The notes: generated from the letters alone by a model not told the origin. Shown: positions 20,494 to 30,500, numbered from the stretch's first letter. The stretch: 64,000 nucleotides of DNA from Spirulina sp. (GCA_044070495.1 JBIPSI010000007.1:92261-156260); one strand, 5' to 3'. A program made the numbers and translations.

Positions 20494-21132
20494 GTGGGCG
20501 TGAGTAAGCAGTGGCTCGGTGGCCTCAACACAATCGGTAGAGATGGCCTGCGGCCAAGGCTGGAATCCTGGTGTCGGGGCCTCTGGCAAGGGGTGATGGT
20601 TCTGAGCTTGGTCGCTCTATTGTGGATTGGCCTCGGTGGGCAACCCAGCGCCCAGGCAGGGCTGACCGACGACAATTTCGATGGCAATATCTTTGCCCTC
20701 TATGCCGGAAATGGCTCTCTAGTACCGCCCAAGGTCTCCCTAGAGCAGTCTTTGAAGTACAACAAACCCGCCATTGTTGTGATCTACGTGGACGACAGCA
20801 GCGACTGCAAACTGTTCTCCTCCACCATTTCCCAACTGCAAGCCCCCTACGGTCGGGTGGCCAACTTCATCCCGGTCATGGCCGATGCTATCCCGGTCAA
20901 GGCTGAGTATGCCCCTAACGAACCGGGCTACTATTTCAAAAATGCCGTCCCCCAAACCCTGGTGTTCGATGCAGAGGGCAACCTGCGCTTCAACGAAACG
21001 GGAACCGTCAGCTACGAAGCCATTGACGACGTAATGCGAGAGGTCTTTGACCTGCTACCCCGCACCGAGTCTGTAGAACTGCGCCGCCGCCCCGTCAACG
21101 AAGTCAACGTAGAACTCGTCCCCGCCGATTAA
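20494..21132 (+). CDS. Thioredoxin-like thylakoid 'photosystem I accumulation factor' family protein
   Basis: DDNFDGNIFALYAGNGSLVPP, YVDDSSDCK; GTG start after AAGGAG. Confidence 0.8.
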   Translation: MGVSKQWLGGLNTIGRDGLRPRLESWCRGLWQGVMVLSLVALLWIGLGGQPSAQAGLTDDNFDGNIFALYAGNGSLVPPKVSLEQSLKYNKPAIVVIYVDDSSDCKLFSSTISQLQAPYGRVANFIPVMADAIPVKAEYAPNEPGYYFKNAVPQTLVFDAEGNLRFNETGTVSYEAIDDVMREVFDLLPRTESVELRRRPVNEVNVELVPAD

Positions 21133-21264
21133 GCGCTCCATCGTAGGGCGCACAACGCCAAGGCGAGACTGCGTCAACGCGAAGCCATGCCCTACCCAGA
21201 GACTTCGCTAGTGTGCCACTAGCCCCGACTCCCAAGGGGCGGATGGGTCGCGTTTACCTAATCC

Positions 21265-22431
21265 CTAGGCTAACAGGAGCGAGACGCCCAATAATGCCCC
21301 TGGGATGATGAAAAACACGCCCAAAATATAGGCCAAGGCCCACCCTTTATTGTCGGTAGCCATTGTGGCCAGCTTTTGTGAACCTTCGTAGGGAATGCGA
21401 TATAGAAAGGGCACAAAGAAAATCAAAATGGCGGCCAACAGGTTAAACAGCAAGTGCACCATGGCAATTTGCAAGGCGGGTAAGGCCGTTGGCCCGCTGA
21501 CGCTGGTGGCCGCTAGCAGGGATGTCACGGTCGTACCAATGTTGGCCCCAATGGTAAAGGGATAGATCTGGGCTAGGGTTAAAACGCCCAACCCAGCCAG
21601 AGGCACCATCAAGCTCGTTGTGGTTGAGGACGACTGTACCAGAATGGTGATGAGAATGCCCGATAACACTCCAGACACTGGCCCCCGGCCAATTGCTGTG
21701 TTCATAATTTCCTTGGCTTTTCCCACCATCAAGCGCTTCATCACTTTGCCCAGGAAATAAATGGAGAAGAAAATTAACCCCATGCCAATCAGAATCTGCA
21801 AGATAGCACTATAGGGTTCGGGGAGAAGAGAACTGGTAATATTGCGAATCAAATCCCTTAGAGGTCGAATTAATGCACCCACAAAATCAAGCTCATCAAC
21901 ACTGAGATCTGAATCGCCAACAAAAAGTCCTGCCAATGGCTTGCTCAGCCGTTCCAGCAAGCCAAACATCATTTCTAGGGGAAAGAAAATGGCCACAGCA
22001 AGCAAATTGAACAAGTCCAGCACTGTGGCAGCAGAAAAGGCTAGCTTGAACTCATCTTTGTTCTTAATGTGTCCGAGGCTAACCAGGGTATTGGTCACCG
22101 AGGTTCCCAAGTTTGCCCCCATGATCATGGGAATAGCAATGGTCACGGGTAAGCCACCCGCCACCAGGGAAACGATGATGGAGGTTGTTGTACTAGAGGA
22201 CTGCACAAGTGCCGTTGAAATAATCCCTACCATCAAGCCTAGAAAAGGGTTGGTGGCAAAGGTGAATAGATACTCCGCCTCATCGCCAACGGCGGCTCGA
22301 AAGCCTCGACTGATGACGCTTACGGCAACGATCAGCAGATAAAGAAGAACAAGGACAGAAATCCAACCAATCGTTTGCTGTCGAGGACTAAGGTTTTCTG
22401 ATTCGTGTTTTGTGAGAGGCTTTGAAGTCAC
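21265..22431 (-). CDS. Na+/Pi cotransporter (NptA-like)
   Basis: Two QSSSTTTS repeats, GANLGTSVTN / GANIGTTVT. Confidence 0.92.
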   Translation of the reverse strand: MTSKPLTKHESENLSPRQQTIGWISVLVLLYLLIVAVSVISRGFRAAVGDEAEYLFTFATNPFLGLMVGIISTALVQSSSTTTSIIVSLVAGGLPVTIAIPMIMGANLGTSVTNTLVSLGHIKNKDEFKLAFSAATVLDLFNLLAVAIFFPLEMMFGLLERLSKPLAGLFVGDSDLSVDELDFVGALIRPLRDLIRNITSSLLPEPYSAILQILIGMGLIFFSIYFLGKVMKRLMVGKAKEIMNTAIGRGPVSGVLSGILITILVQSSSTTTSLMVPLAGLGVLTLAQIYPFTIGANIGTTVTSLLAATSVSGPTALPALQIAMVHLLFNLLAAILIFFVPFLYRIPYEGSQKLATMATDNKGWALAYILGVFFIIPGALLGVSLLLA

Positions 22432-22690
22432 AGTATCAACTCCTTAAAATATTTTTAGCCAACAACGTTAAACGTCGCTGACCTAGAACCCAATCAAAAA
22501 TTTTCATCGAAGCATCAAAAATCAAAGCTATCAGTCAATCAATGACAGCTCCACTGACCTTCCGAATAACAGTGCTTAATCCCAAAAATCTTGACAATAT
22601 CTTAGGAGCGGGATTGACTTAAACGAAATAGATTTTTTGGAAATCTGAGCCTAGAGTACTATCAACTAAAATCCGAGACAACTAGCGAAA

Positions 22691-22720
22691 TAAAATCTGA
22701 ACTTAATCTATAGTTAACCT
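22691..22720 (+). promoter_or_regulatory. Candidate cyanobacterial Pho box (SphR)
   Basis: TAAAATCT-N3-CTTAATCT-N3-GTTAACCT, 11-bp period, consensus YTTAAYY(T/A); lies upstream of the Na/Pi transporter but in the opposite orientation. Confidence 0.4.
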
Positions 22721-22829
22721 GCGAGATCAGGCCTTTCACTTAGCAAGTAGAGTGAGTCATTATAGGAAACTGATATGAAAAGTTGGCGAGAAGCTAATGT
22801 GACAAAATAGATATTTCACTGCTCGATCA

Positions 22830-22959
22830 CTGGTTGACTGACAAAAGATCCTGCGCCGGACGCGGAAACCGCGCCCCTACAAGATTTGGATAATGTAGGG
22901 GTCAGGTCTCCTGACCCTTTGGCGGATCTGGGTTCTCGCAAGTTTTGTCAGTCAACCAG
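22830..22959. mobile_element. MITE family A, 130 bp, 17-bp perfect TIR, 9-bp TSD
   Basis: CTGGTTGACTGACAAAA...TTTTGTCAGTCAACCAG flanked by GCTCGATCA on both sides. Confidence 0.9.
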
Positions 22960-23119
22960 GCTCGATCATCGGACTTAATCTATGTTTAATGAGTCGTGGG
23001 TGCGTTCCAGTCTGCCTCTGGGTGGTGCAATAGTGGAATCTATCCGACAAAGCCAACAGAATCCAAGGCACAGTATGTTGTCCTTCGGGTCTTCTCTAGT
23101 CCACCTAATCGACTGAGCG

Positions 23120-23842
23120 ATGCAGCGGATTATTATCCAGCCCGACCAAATTCAGGACCATCACCTCACCCTTACCGCCGATCAGCAGCATTACCTCCAT
23201 CGAGTGCTGCGGCTGGTGGCGGGGGATCGGTTTATGGCCCTGGATGGTCAAGGTCAACAGTGGGTGGCGACGTTGGGTAAGGATCCTGGATTCGCCCACC
23301 TCGCCCCCTTGGCAACGGCTGCCCCTGTTCTGCCAAACGTCACCCTAGCCATCGCGCTCCCCAAGGGCAGCGGCTTTGACGATGTGGTGCGCCAAACCAC
23401 CGAGATCGGCGTGGACACCCTACAACCGTTGATTACCCAGCGCACCCTGCACCAGCCCAACCTCAAAAAGCTGGAACGCTGGCAGCGCATTGCCGCCGAA
23501 GCCACCGAACAATGCGAGCGTCCCAACCTGCCGAACCTTCAGTCACCCATGCCCTGGGCCGACTACCTGCGCCAAGACCTGCCCCCCCAGCGCTGGATCT
23601 GCCTTGCCCGTGGAGAATCCCAGCCCTTACTCACCGTCGCCCAGGCTAGCGATCCCAACCTCGGCACCGTGATCGCCATCGGGCCAGAGGGGGGCTGGAC
23701 AGAGGCCGAAATCACTGCCGCCCTCGCCGCCGGATTTCAGCCCGCTTCCCTAGGGCCAACGGTGCTCCGGGCCGTGACTGCCCCCATGGTGGCCCTGGCC
23801 CTGGCCCTGGCTGGCCTTGATTCAGGGAATCCGCAGCGGTAA
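23120..23842 (+). CDS. rsmE: 16S rRNA m3U1498 methyltransferase
   Basis: HYLHRVLRL, EAATEQCER-type motif, IGPEGGWT, LGPTVLRAVTA. Confidence 0.92.
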   Translation: MQRIIIQPDQIQDHHLTLTADQQHYLHRVLRLVAGDRFMALDGQGQQWVATLGKDPGFAHLAPLATAAPVLPNVTLAIALPKGSGFDDVVRQTTEIGVDTLQPLITQRTLHQPNLKKLERWQRIAAEATEQCERPNLPNLQSPMPWADYLRQDLPPQRWICLARGESQPLLTVAQASDPNLGTVIAIGPEGGWTEAEITAALAAGFQPASLGPTVLRAVTAPMVALALALAGLDSGNPQR

Positions 23843-23919
23843 GCCGCCATGCCCTGAGGCCCTAGCGCCTTTAGAATAGAGAGGTCATTTTACGTTGCGT
23901 CTAACGCCGTTCTTGCCCT

Positions 23920-24201
23920 ATGCCGCCCCGCTGGCCCCGTAAACCCACCCGCGAAGATCCCGCCTACCGTCGCCTAGAAGACCGCATCAACTTTGCGGTG
24001 CATGTGGCGGCCTTCATTGCCGTCAATTCTGGGCTGTGGTTTTTCCATACCCTCAACCCCGCCTGGGTAAGCTGGGTGCAGTGGGTTACCCTGGCTTGGC
24101 TCCCCGCCCTGGTGGGGCACGGCATCTACATCTTCGCCATTGCCGATTATTCGCCCATCCCCCTATCCCCCGTAGAACCCAACGATCCAGGAGAGGTTTA
24201 A
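23920..24201 (+). CDS. 2TM-domain cyanobacterial membrane protein
   Basis: MPPRWPRKPTREDPAYRRLEDRINFAVH plus two TM helices. Confidence 0.75.
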   Translation: MPPRWPRKPTREDPAYRRLEDRINFAVHVAAFIAVNSGLWFFHTLNPAWVSWVQWVTLAWLPALVGHGIYIFAIADYSPIPLSPVEPNDPGEV

Positions 24202-24203
24202 CC

Positions 24204-24512
24204 ATGGCTAGCGCCGGAAGCAGTCGCGCAATTGAAGCCCTCGCCGCCGCCATTGGCGATCAAGCCTATATCGATGTGGCCAAGTGGCATCTCTACCTCG
24301 GCGATGCCAAACTCCATACGTCCTTAGCCGAACGGATCTATCCGCTCATTGATGACGGCACCTTTGATGAATCGGCCCTAATGGATGTCCTGGCTAGCTT
24401 TTCCGTCGCCCTGGGGGGAGGCAAGAAAACCGTTTCCCTCGCCGATCTGATTCCGTCGGGCAGTCAGGCCGATCTACTCCGCGCCATCGAAGACTACCAG
24501 CGAGATCGGTAA
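24204..24512 (+). CDS. DUF3181 family protein
   Basis: IEALAAAIGDQAYIDVAKWHLYLGDAKL...LGGGKK; RBS GGAGAGG upstream. Confidence 0.8.
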   Translation: MASAGSSRAIEALAAAIGDQAYIDVAKWHLYLGDAKLHTSLAERIYPLIDDGTFDESALMDVLASFSVALGGGKKTVSLADLIPSGSQADLLRAIEDYQRDR

Positions 24513-24561
24513 CGTTACCCCCCATCCACACGCCTACTTCTATGGATAGGAGAACATTTCC

Positions 24562-24912
24562 ATGCCACTAATCAAGGTGCAAACCTCGGTACCCTCCCCC
24601 GATAAGGCCCAAGTGGAGAGCCTGCTGAAGGATCTGTCGGCCCGCTTGGCCAGCCATTTGGGCAAGCCCGAATCCTACGTGATGACCTCCTTCACCGCCG
24701 ATGTACCCATGACCTTTGCGGGCACCACCGACCCCGTCTGCTACATCGAAATCAAAAGCGTCGGCACGATGGGCAGCAAAACCAAAGCCATGAGCCAAGA
24801 TTTCTGTACCCAGGTGGAAAGCGCCCTTGGCGTACCGAAAAATCGGGTGTATATCGAATTTGCCGATGCCCCAGGGGCCATGTGGGGCTGGAACGGCGGC
24901 ACCTTTGGGTAG
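24562..24912 (+). CDS. MIF-family (phenylpyruvate) tautomerase
   Basis: Pro-1 after Met (MPLIK), GKPESYVM, WGWNGGTF. Confidence 0.9.
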   Translation: MPLIKVQTSVPSPDKAQVESLLKDLSARLASHLGKPESYVMTSFTADVPMTFAGTTDPVCYIEIKSVGTMGSKTKAMSQDFCTQVESALGVPKNRVYIEFADAPGAMWGWNGGTFG

Positions 24913-24936
24913 ATTTATGGTTAACGCAAAGTCCTC

Positions 24937-25035
24937 GCAGCCCTCACCCTAAATCCCTCTCCCCAAGGGAGAGGGACTTTGAAACAGGTTCTGGCTCCCC
25001 TCTCCCACAGGGAGAGGGGCTGGGGGTGAGGGCCA
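24937..25035. repeat. REP-like cruciform (ccctcaccc...ccctctccc/gggagaggg...gggtgaggg)
   Basis: Same unit as in the elements at 11375, 38133, 47472 and 53943; no TIR shell found here. Confidence 0.75.
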
Positions 25036-25075
25036 TACCGTAGGTTGCCGTGGTTTTGTCATGGACTGAACTGGC

Positions 25076-27658
25076 CTAAAAGGGCACATCCTTATCGGGG
25101 TGGGAGGGCTGATGAGCCGCTGCCTTAGAGGGTTTTGGACTAGGGCCACCCAGCAGCGCATCGAGGTCGTCGTCAATATCTACCACCTGCCCATTGAAAA
25201 ACTGGGCAAAGTTCTTCACGGCCCGATCAAAGTCGCTGGCGATCTCCGGCAGGGGTGGCCTTGTGGGTATGGCGTTGGCCATCGGAGCAGATGGGGCCGA
25301 GTTCCCATTGGCAGGTACGGGCGCAGCCACGGGGGCAGCAGCCGGGATGGAAGTGTTGGTTTCTGCGGTTTGGGACGGGTTGACCACAGGGGCAGGAACC
25401 GCATTGGTCGGGGGATGCGGCGGGTAGGGCGGGTAGGGCGTAGCAGGCGGCTCGGATACCCCCTGCCCCGGTGCCTGGGAAATGTTGGGGGCTGGGGCCT
25501 CAGGCTTTGGGTCGGGCAGCACCTCCAGGGAAACCACCACTTTTCGATTCAGCACTTTCTGGAAGGCCGCTTCCACATTTTCGACCCTGCCCTGGGCCAT
25601 CTTAAACAGGGGCCGAGAGCTAATCCCCACCCTGGCCACAGACCCATCAAAAAAGACTAGGCTACCCTGCTGAAGCATCAACGCACGGGTACCCAGGGGT
25701 TCTAAGACCGCAATCACCTGCGCCCACAGATGGGGTAAATCGGCATTCGCGACGGTGGCACCCTGGCCATTATTCGGCGGCGGCGGAATATAATCCGATG
25801 CGGGTACTGGCGTTGGTTCTGCGGGGCGATCCGCTTGGGGTTGTGCCGCTGGGGGCCGATCTGGCGTGGACTGATCTGGCGGCGGGGCTGGCGTTGGCGG
25901 CGGCGTGAAAGCCGTCGTCGGTGGCGGAGCGCTGGGAGTAATGGTTCTCTCCGGTGCGGGGGCGGCAGGTTGAGAAGACACCGCCGGACGAGGAGCCATA
26001 CCCATAGCGGGACTCGTCGTAACCAAACTGGCTAGGGTCGATGGCAACAGCCCTAATAATGTGACCTCTAGCCAAAGGCGCGGCTGGGTGGTGTTTTTCA
26101 CCTGGGCTTCGGCACTGCGGAGGTGCTGTTGGCCCATCAGCAACAGGGGGGTATCCAGGGCTTGAACCAAAGTCTGCATGTCAGCCCAGGTGGGGGGCGT
26201 GATGGCTACCAAATCCTGACGACCGCCCGCCGTTTTGGCAATCAGCAAATCTCGGTAGAACCCGGCCAAATTTTGCAGCACAATCAGCGGCTCTCGGCCC
26301 CGATCCATCAATTTACGGGCCTGGTCTAAAACCGTGCTGCCATCATCGCTGAGGATGGCCTGCACCAGGGCCAGCAAATCCCGCTCTGGCACCGCCCCCA
26401 CCAAATCCCACACGGCATCGGCGGTGATGGGCGGCTCTAGCAAACTGAGCTGATCCAGCAAACTCTGGGCATCCCGCAAGCCCCCCTGAGACACCTGGGC
26501 CACCAGCCGCAGGGCTTCATCGTTAATGGCAATCTCTTCCTGAGTGGCGATGTTCCGCAGGTGGAGAATCATCGGCTCTAGGGGAATGCGCCGATAATCA
26601 AACCGCTGACAGCGAGAAATGATCGTCGGCAACACCCGCTGGGGATCGGTTGTGGCCAGCACAAACACCACATTGCTGGGCGGCTCCTCCAGGGTTTTCA
26701 GCAGGGCATTGAACGCGGCGGTACTCAACATGTGGCAGTTGTGCACCAGCAAGCTATTGGCCACAAAGTTGTGGTTGTCTTCCACCTCAATGTCGTAAAC
26801 CGCCTCAACCCCAGCGGGGCGGACAGATACGACCGTCTCCAAATTTGTAGCCCATAGCTGGGATTGAGATTTATCGAGCAGCGCTGTAGGACTTTTGGCC
26901 GTAGGTGTTGCCCTTAAATTGGTGTCCCCGAACGAAGCGGCGCGGTCGGTGGTCGGAGCCAACGGCAGGGATGAGGGTGCCGCATCCACAGGCGCAGGGG
27001 ATAAGATTTGGTGCCCTGCTTGAAGTTCTCCGGCGGCTATCCATCCTTCCGTTGTCCTAATCAAATGATTCTCAGTACATCGGATCCGACGATGGGTGGT
27101 CTGAATGTCCAAGATGGGACGAACACCTTGGTCTAGCCAGCGCACCGCCCGCTTAAATTCCCATTGTTGAGATGCTTCGTTGTAGCTGAGTACCTGTTTT
27201 CCCTCAATGGTGGGGTCGTCAATCCTCATGGGGCCATCGGCGGTGAGAACGAGGGAATCTCCGGTCAGGCACTCGTCGATCACGTAAACCTTGTACCGAC
27301 ACTGCACTGGGGCAAACTGGGCGCGTTCGATTAGTTCCCGGATGTTGTCCACCCCGGTGTTGCTGGCGGCGTCGATTTCAATGAAATCCAGCGCTGAACC
27401 GTTGGTGATGGAACGGCAGGTTTCGCAGGTGCCGCAGGGTTCGGGGGTAGGGTGGTCTTGGTTGATGCAGTTGAGGGATTTGGCCAAAATCCGGGCGCTG
27501 GAAGTTTTGCCCGTGCCCCTGGGGCCACAGAACAGGTAGGCCGGAGCAATCCGTTGCTGGTTGAGGGCGTTGGACAGCGTGGTGGCAATGGCATCTTGGC
27601 CCACCAGTTGGTTAAACCGCTGGGGACGATACTTGTGGTGCAGGGGTTCGTAGGCCAT
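25076..27658 (-). CDS. dnaX: DNA polymerase III gamma/tau subunit with an intein
   Basis: LHHKYRPQRF, GPRGTGKT, IDAASN, DE|intein|CHML, SRCQRF; Pro-rich C-terminus. Confidence 0.97.
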   Translation of the reverse strand: MAYEPLHHKYRPQRFNQLVGQDAIATTLSNALNQQRIAPAYLFCGPRGTGKTSSARILAKSLNCINQDHPTPEPCGTCETCRSITNGSALDFIEIDAASNTGVDNIRELIERAQFAPVQCRYKVYVIDECLTGDSLVLTADGPMRIDDPTIEGKQVLSYNEASQQWEFKRAVRWLDQGVRPILDIQTTHRRIRCTENHLIRTTEGWIAAGELQAGHQILSPAPVDAAPSSLPLAPTTDRAASFGDTNLRATPTAKSPTALLDKSQSQLWATNLETVVSVRPAGVEAVYDIEVEDNHNFVANSLLVHNCHMLSTAAFNALLKTLEEPPSNVVFVLATTDPQRVLPTIISRCQRFDYRRIPLEPMILHLRNIATQEEIAINDEALRLVAQVSQGGLRDAQSLLDQLSLLEPPITADAVWDLVGAVPERDLLALVQAILSDDGSTVLDQARKLMDRGREPLIVLQNLAGFYRDLLIAKTAGGRQDLVAITPPTWADMQTLVQALDTPLLLMGQQHLRSAEAQVKNTTQPRLWLEVTLLGLLPSTLASLVTTSPAMGMAPRPAVSSQPAAPAPERTITPSAPPPTTAFTPPPTPAPPPDQSTPDRPPAAQPQADRPAEPTPVPASDYIPPPPNNGQGATVANADLPHLWAQVIAVLEPLGTRALMLQQGSLVFFDGSVARVGISSRPLFKMAQGRVENVEAAFQKVLNRKVVVSLEVLPDPKPEAPAPNISQAPGQGVSEPPATPYPPYPPHPPTNAVPAPVVNPSQTAETNTSIPAAAPVAAPVPANGNSAPSAPMANAIPTRPPLPEIASDFDRAVKNFAQFFNGQVVDIDDDLDALLGGPSPKPSKAAAHQPSHPDKDVPF
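26738..27271 (-). other. DnaX mini-intein (178 aa) inserted in the Walker-B region
   Basis: Starts CLTGDS, block B TENH, ends VYDIEVEDNHNFVANSLLVHN followed by Cys+1; no in-frame endonuclease. Confidence 0.95.
26871..27044 (-). pseudogene. Overlapping alternative-frame ORF inside the intein (57 aa), CACGCG...RRFVRGH motif; probable homing-endonuclease N-terminal relic
   Basis: Manual translation: MDSRRRTSSRAPNLIPCACGCGTLIPAVGSDHRPRRFVRGHQFKGNTYGQKSYSAAR*. Confidence 0.65.
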
Positions 27659-27711
27659 AGCATTAAGATACCCTGCCTACCCAACCTTGGGCCAAGGCCA
27701 AGACGTTAGCC

Positions 27712-28212
27712 TTAGGAATCGCTTTGCCAATGCTCTGGAAACTCAACAATTAAGGTGTCCATCTCCGCAATGCTACAGCCAGCCGGGACGGGGCAATTGC
27801 GGTTTACCTGGGATCGTTGCATCCGGGCTTGGGCCTGGTTAGCCAACTGTCGCACCTGCTCAACGGCAGCGGAAATTTCCTGCTTTTGTACCTGCTCAGG
27901 GGGCGCTTGGGCCGTGGCTGGGGCCAAGGTGGCGGCGGTGGCGGCGACTGGGGGAACCGTGGGTCTGGGTGACGCTGGCGCTGGGCGAGACTGGCGAGGA
28001 ATGTAGCCCTGAAAGTAGGCAATGGCCAGCCGTCGAAACAAGATCTTCAGGTGATCGGGGAGCGATTTCTCGACCTGATCGGGCTTTTCCACAAGATCAA
28101 CAATTTGCCCCATGGCGTGGGCAATCAGGGTATTATCTTGGCGGCTGGTGGGGTAAGTATCTTTGAGATCAAGCCAACAGGCTTCAAAAGCCTCAAGTTC
28201 GCGTAGCAGCAT
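27712..28212 (-). CDS. Hypothetical protein
   Basis: 166-aa ATG-started ORF directly upstream of dnaX on the same strand. Confidence 0.65.
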   Translation of the reverse strand: MLLRELEAFEACWLDLKDTYPTSRQDNTLIAHAMGQIVDLVEKPDQVEKSLPDHLKILFRRLAIAYFQGYIPRQSRPAPASPRPTVPPVAATAATLAPATAQAPPEQVQKQEISAAVEQVRQLANQAQARMQRSQVNRNCPVPAGCSIAEMDTLIVEFPEHWQSDS

Positions 28213-28392
28213 GGGATCACCTGGGCAGCAGGTAGATGTGGGCCGTGACGAAACAGGTGCACCCGTCCCATGACCTGAGCGGTTGATGCTGGGGGAGAAT
28301 GGGGTTCTTAATTATTAATGTGCCCTAAAATGGCCCCCTTCAGCCCTCCCCTAGCGTGAAGATTTGATGTATTGAGGAGTTGTAACAAATCC

Positions 28393-28878
28393 ATGGCGGT
28401 TGTCGAAAAAATCTATACCGATGGAGCCTGTTCCGGCAATCCGGGGCCAGGGGGCTGGGGCACCGTGCTCTATTTTGCCGATGGCGGCATCCACGAACTG
28501 GGGGGTGGATCGCGCCAAACCACCAACAACCGCATGGAAATGCAGGCCGCCATTGCCGGACTAACCTGGCTGCGAGACAGCGGCCAAACCCAGCCCGTCG
28601 CCATCTACACCGATAGCGAGTATGTGCTTAAGGGAATTACCCAGTGGATCGCCGGATGGAAGCGGCGGGGCTGGGTGAATTCCGCCAAAAAGCCCGTTCT
28701 CAACCGCGACCTGTGGGAACAGCTTGACCAAGTCACCACCGAGGTGAACAAAACCCTGGATAAGCCCTTGCAGTGGGTTTATGTGCGGGGGCATTCAGGC
28801 AACGTGGGCAACGAACGCTGCGACACCATTGCCCGTGCCTTTGCCGCCAACCGCCCCATTGACCTCACGACCCTCTAG
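28393..28878 (+). CDS. rnhA: Ribonuclease HI
   Basis: [42 protein letters not shown]. Confidence 0.96.
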   Translation: MAVVEKIYTDGACSGNPGPGGWGTVLYFADGGIHELGGGSRQTTNNRMEMQAAIAGLTWLRDSGQTQPVAIYTDSEYVLKGITQWIAGWKRRGWVNSAKKPVLNRDLWEQLDQVTTEVNKTLDKPLQWVYVRGHSGNVGNERCDTIARAFAANRPIDLTTL

Positions 28879-29093
28879 GAATCCAGATCTCCCAGCGGGC
28901 TATCTATTTTGATGACGTGCGGCGATCTGTCCGAAATGCGGGGGGACGGGCTTGTATCTAATGCTCCGACGACGTGCACTCCCATCGTCGGGGAGGCCAC
29001 TGGACGGCGAGGTTTGGCCGGAAACCCACCACCGCTCCCCTCGACCGATACTATTTATATGTAGAAAAAATTTGATCATTTGCGGGGGCTGCC

Positions 29094-30248
29094 GTGTTGC
29101 TATCAAAAGGGTTTGAAGTCGAGATGTACACGGGCACCCCCAGCGGGAACGTGGTCGGCCTGTCCGACCGCATTGTGGCTAACCTCAACGGCTTTGTGCG
29201 CGAACCCGACAGCCGCAATGTGGAATACACCACCCCGCCCCTCTGCCAGTACGAAAAGCTGCTGTGCGAACTGGTGCGCCCCCGCCATGAATTACGGCAA
29301 TACCTGCACGGCCTGGGCGACTATACCCTCATTCCCGGCAGTACTCTTTCCCTTGGGCCAACGGATCGCTTCTTCCGTTCAGACCCCAGCAACCCCTACC
29401 ACTCCTACATCGAGCAAACCTACGGCACCACCGTCGTCACCGCCAGCATTCACATTAATATCGGCATTTCCGACCCCGAACTGCTGATGCGGGCCTGCCG
29501 CCTGGTGCGGGTAGAAGCGCCCCTCTACCTAGCCCTCACCGCTTCCTCCCCCTTCCTGAATGGGGAAGTCACGGGATCCCACTCTAGCCGCTGGCAGGTG
29601 TTCCCCAAAACCCCCGCCGATGTGCCCTTGTTTGAGAGCCACCTGCACCACATTCGCTGGATGGAGGAGCAACTGGCGGTGGGCACCATGCAAAATGTGC
29701 GTCACCTGTGGTCTTCGGTGCGGCCCAATGGCGACCGTCGCCCCTACAGCCTCAACCGCCTAGAACTGCGAATCTGCGACCTGATTAGCGACCCCATCGC
29801 CCTCCTAGCGGTGACCGCGTTGCTAGAGGCCCGTCTGATTCAGATGATGCAGAACCCCGATCTCGATCCCCTGCTACAGAGCCAGTTTCCCCAGGACAGC
29901 CGCAACCACGATCTCGTCCTCCTTAGCGACGCTAACGAAATGGCCGTCGCCAAGCACAGCCTGGAGGCCGAGCTGCACCATTGGCAGGATGGTCGGCCCA
30001 TTTTGGCTAAGGAATGGATCCAAAATCTCTATGATGAGGTGTGGCCCATCGCCAAGGCCAACGGGATTAGCTGTTTTCTCAGCCCGGTGAAGAAAATTTT
30101 GCGGGAAGGCAACGAGGCCCAGCACTGGCTGCGGCAGTACGAGGCCGGACAGTCGGTGTCCGCTGTTCTGATGACGGCGATTCAAGCGGTTCAACACCAA
30201 GAGGATCAGTTGGCTAAGGATCTCTGTGAACCCTGTGTAGCGGCGTGA
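29094..30248 (+). CDS. gshA: Glutamate--cysteine ligase (cyanobacterial type)
   Basis: LSKGFEVEMYTG, EPDSRNVEY, VTASIHINIG, NRLELRICD. Confidence 0.93.
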   Translation: MLLSKGFEVEMYTGTPSGNVVGLSDRIVANLNGFVREPDSRNVEYTTPPLCQYEKLLCELVRPRHELRQYLHGLGDYTLIPGSTLSLGPTDRFFRSDPSNPYHSYIEQTYGTTVVTASIHINIGISDPELLMRACRLVRVEAPLYLALTASSPFLNGEVTGSHSSRWQVFPKTPADVPLFESHLHHIRWMEEQLAVGTMQNVRHLWSSVRPNGDRRPYSLNRLELRICDLISDPIALLAVTALLEARLIQMMQNPDLDPLLQSQFPQDSRNHDLVLLSDANEMAVAKHSLEAELHHWQDGRPILAKEWIQNLYDEVWPIAKANGISCFLSPVKKILREGNEAQHWLRQYEAGQSVSAVLMTAIQAVQHQEDQLAKDLCEPCVAA

Positions 30249-30500
30249 TCGACAACGACCTCAGATCTCTCCACAACCCCGCTTGCCTCCGCCATGACCG
30301 TCAACGTGGGGCAATTGAATATAGATAACTTTAGGTTATAGCGGTCATCCTTCTCCGTTATCTGGTGCCATCGGTTCCCAGGTTGCCAGGGCATCCGGCT
30401 CAACGGATCAATTTGGCACCGAAAGATTAAACTTTTCTATCGGTACTAGACATTGCTCCTGTTTTGTGATTTTAATTTTGACCCTCTGTTCACTGCCGTT

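Noticed and set aside
28925-29110. CPKCGGTG zinc-ribbon-like reading between rnhA and gshA
   Set aside because: In-frame stop immediately upstream and no start codon before the motif; likely chance. No ncRNA recognised either.
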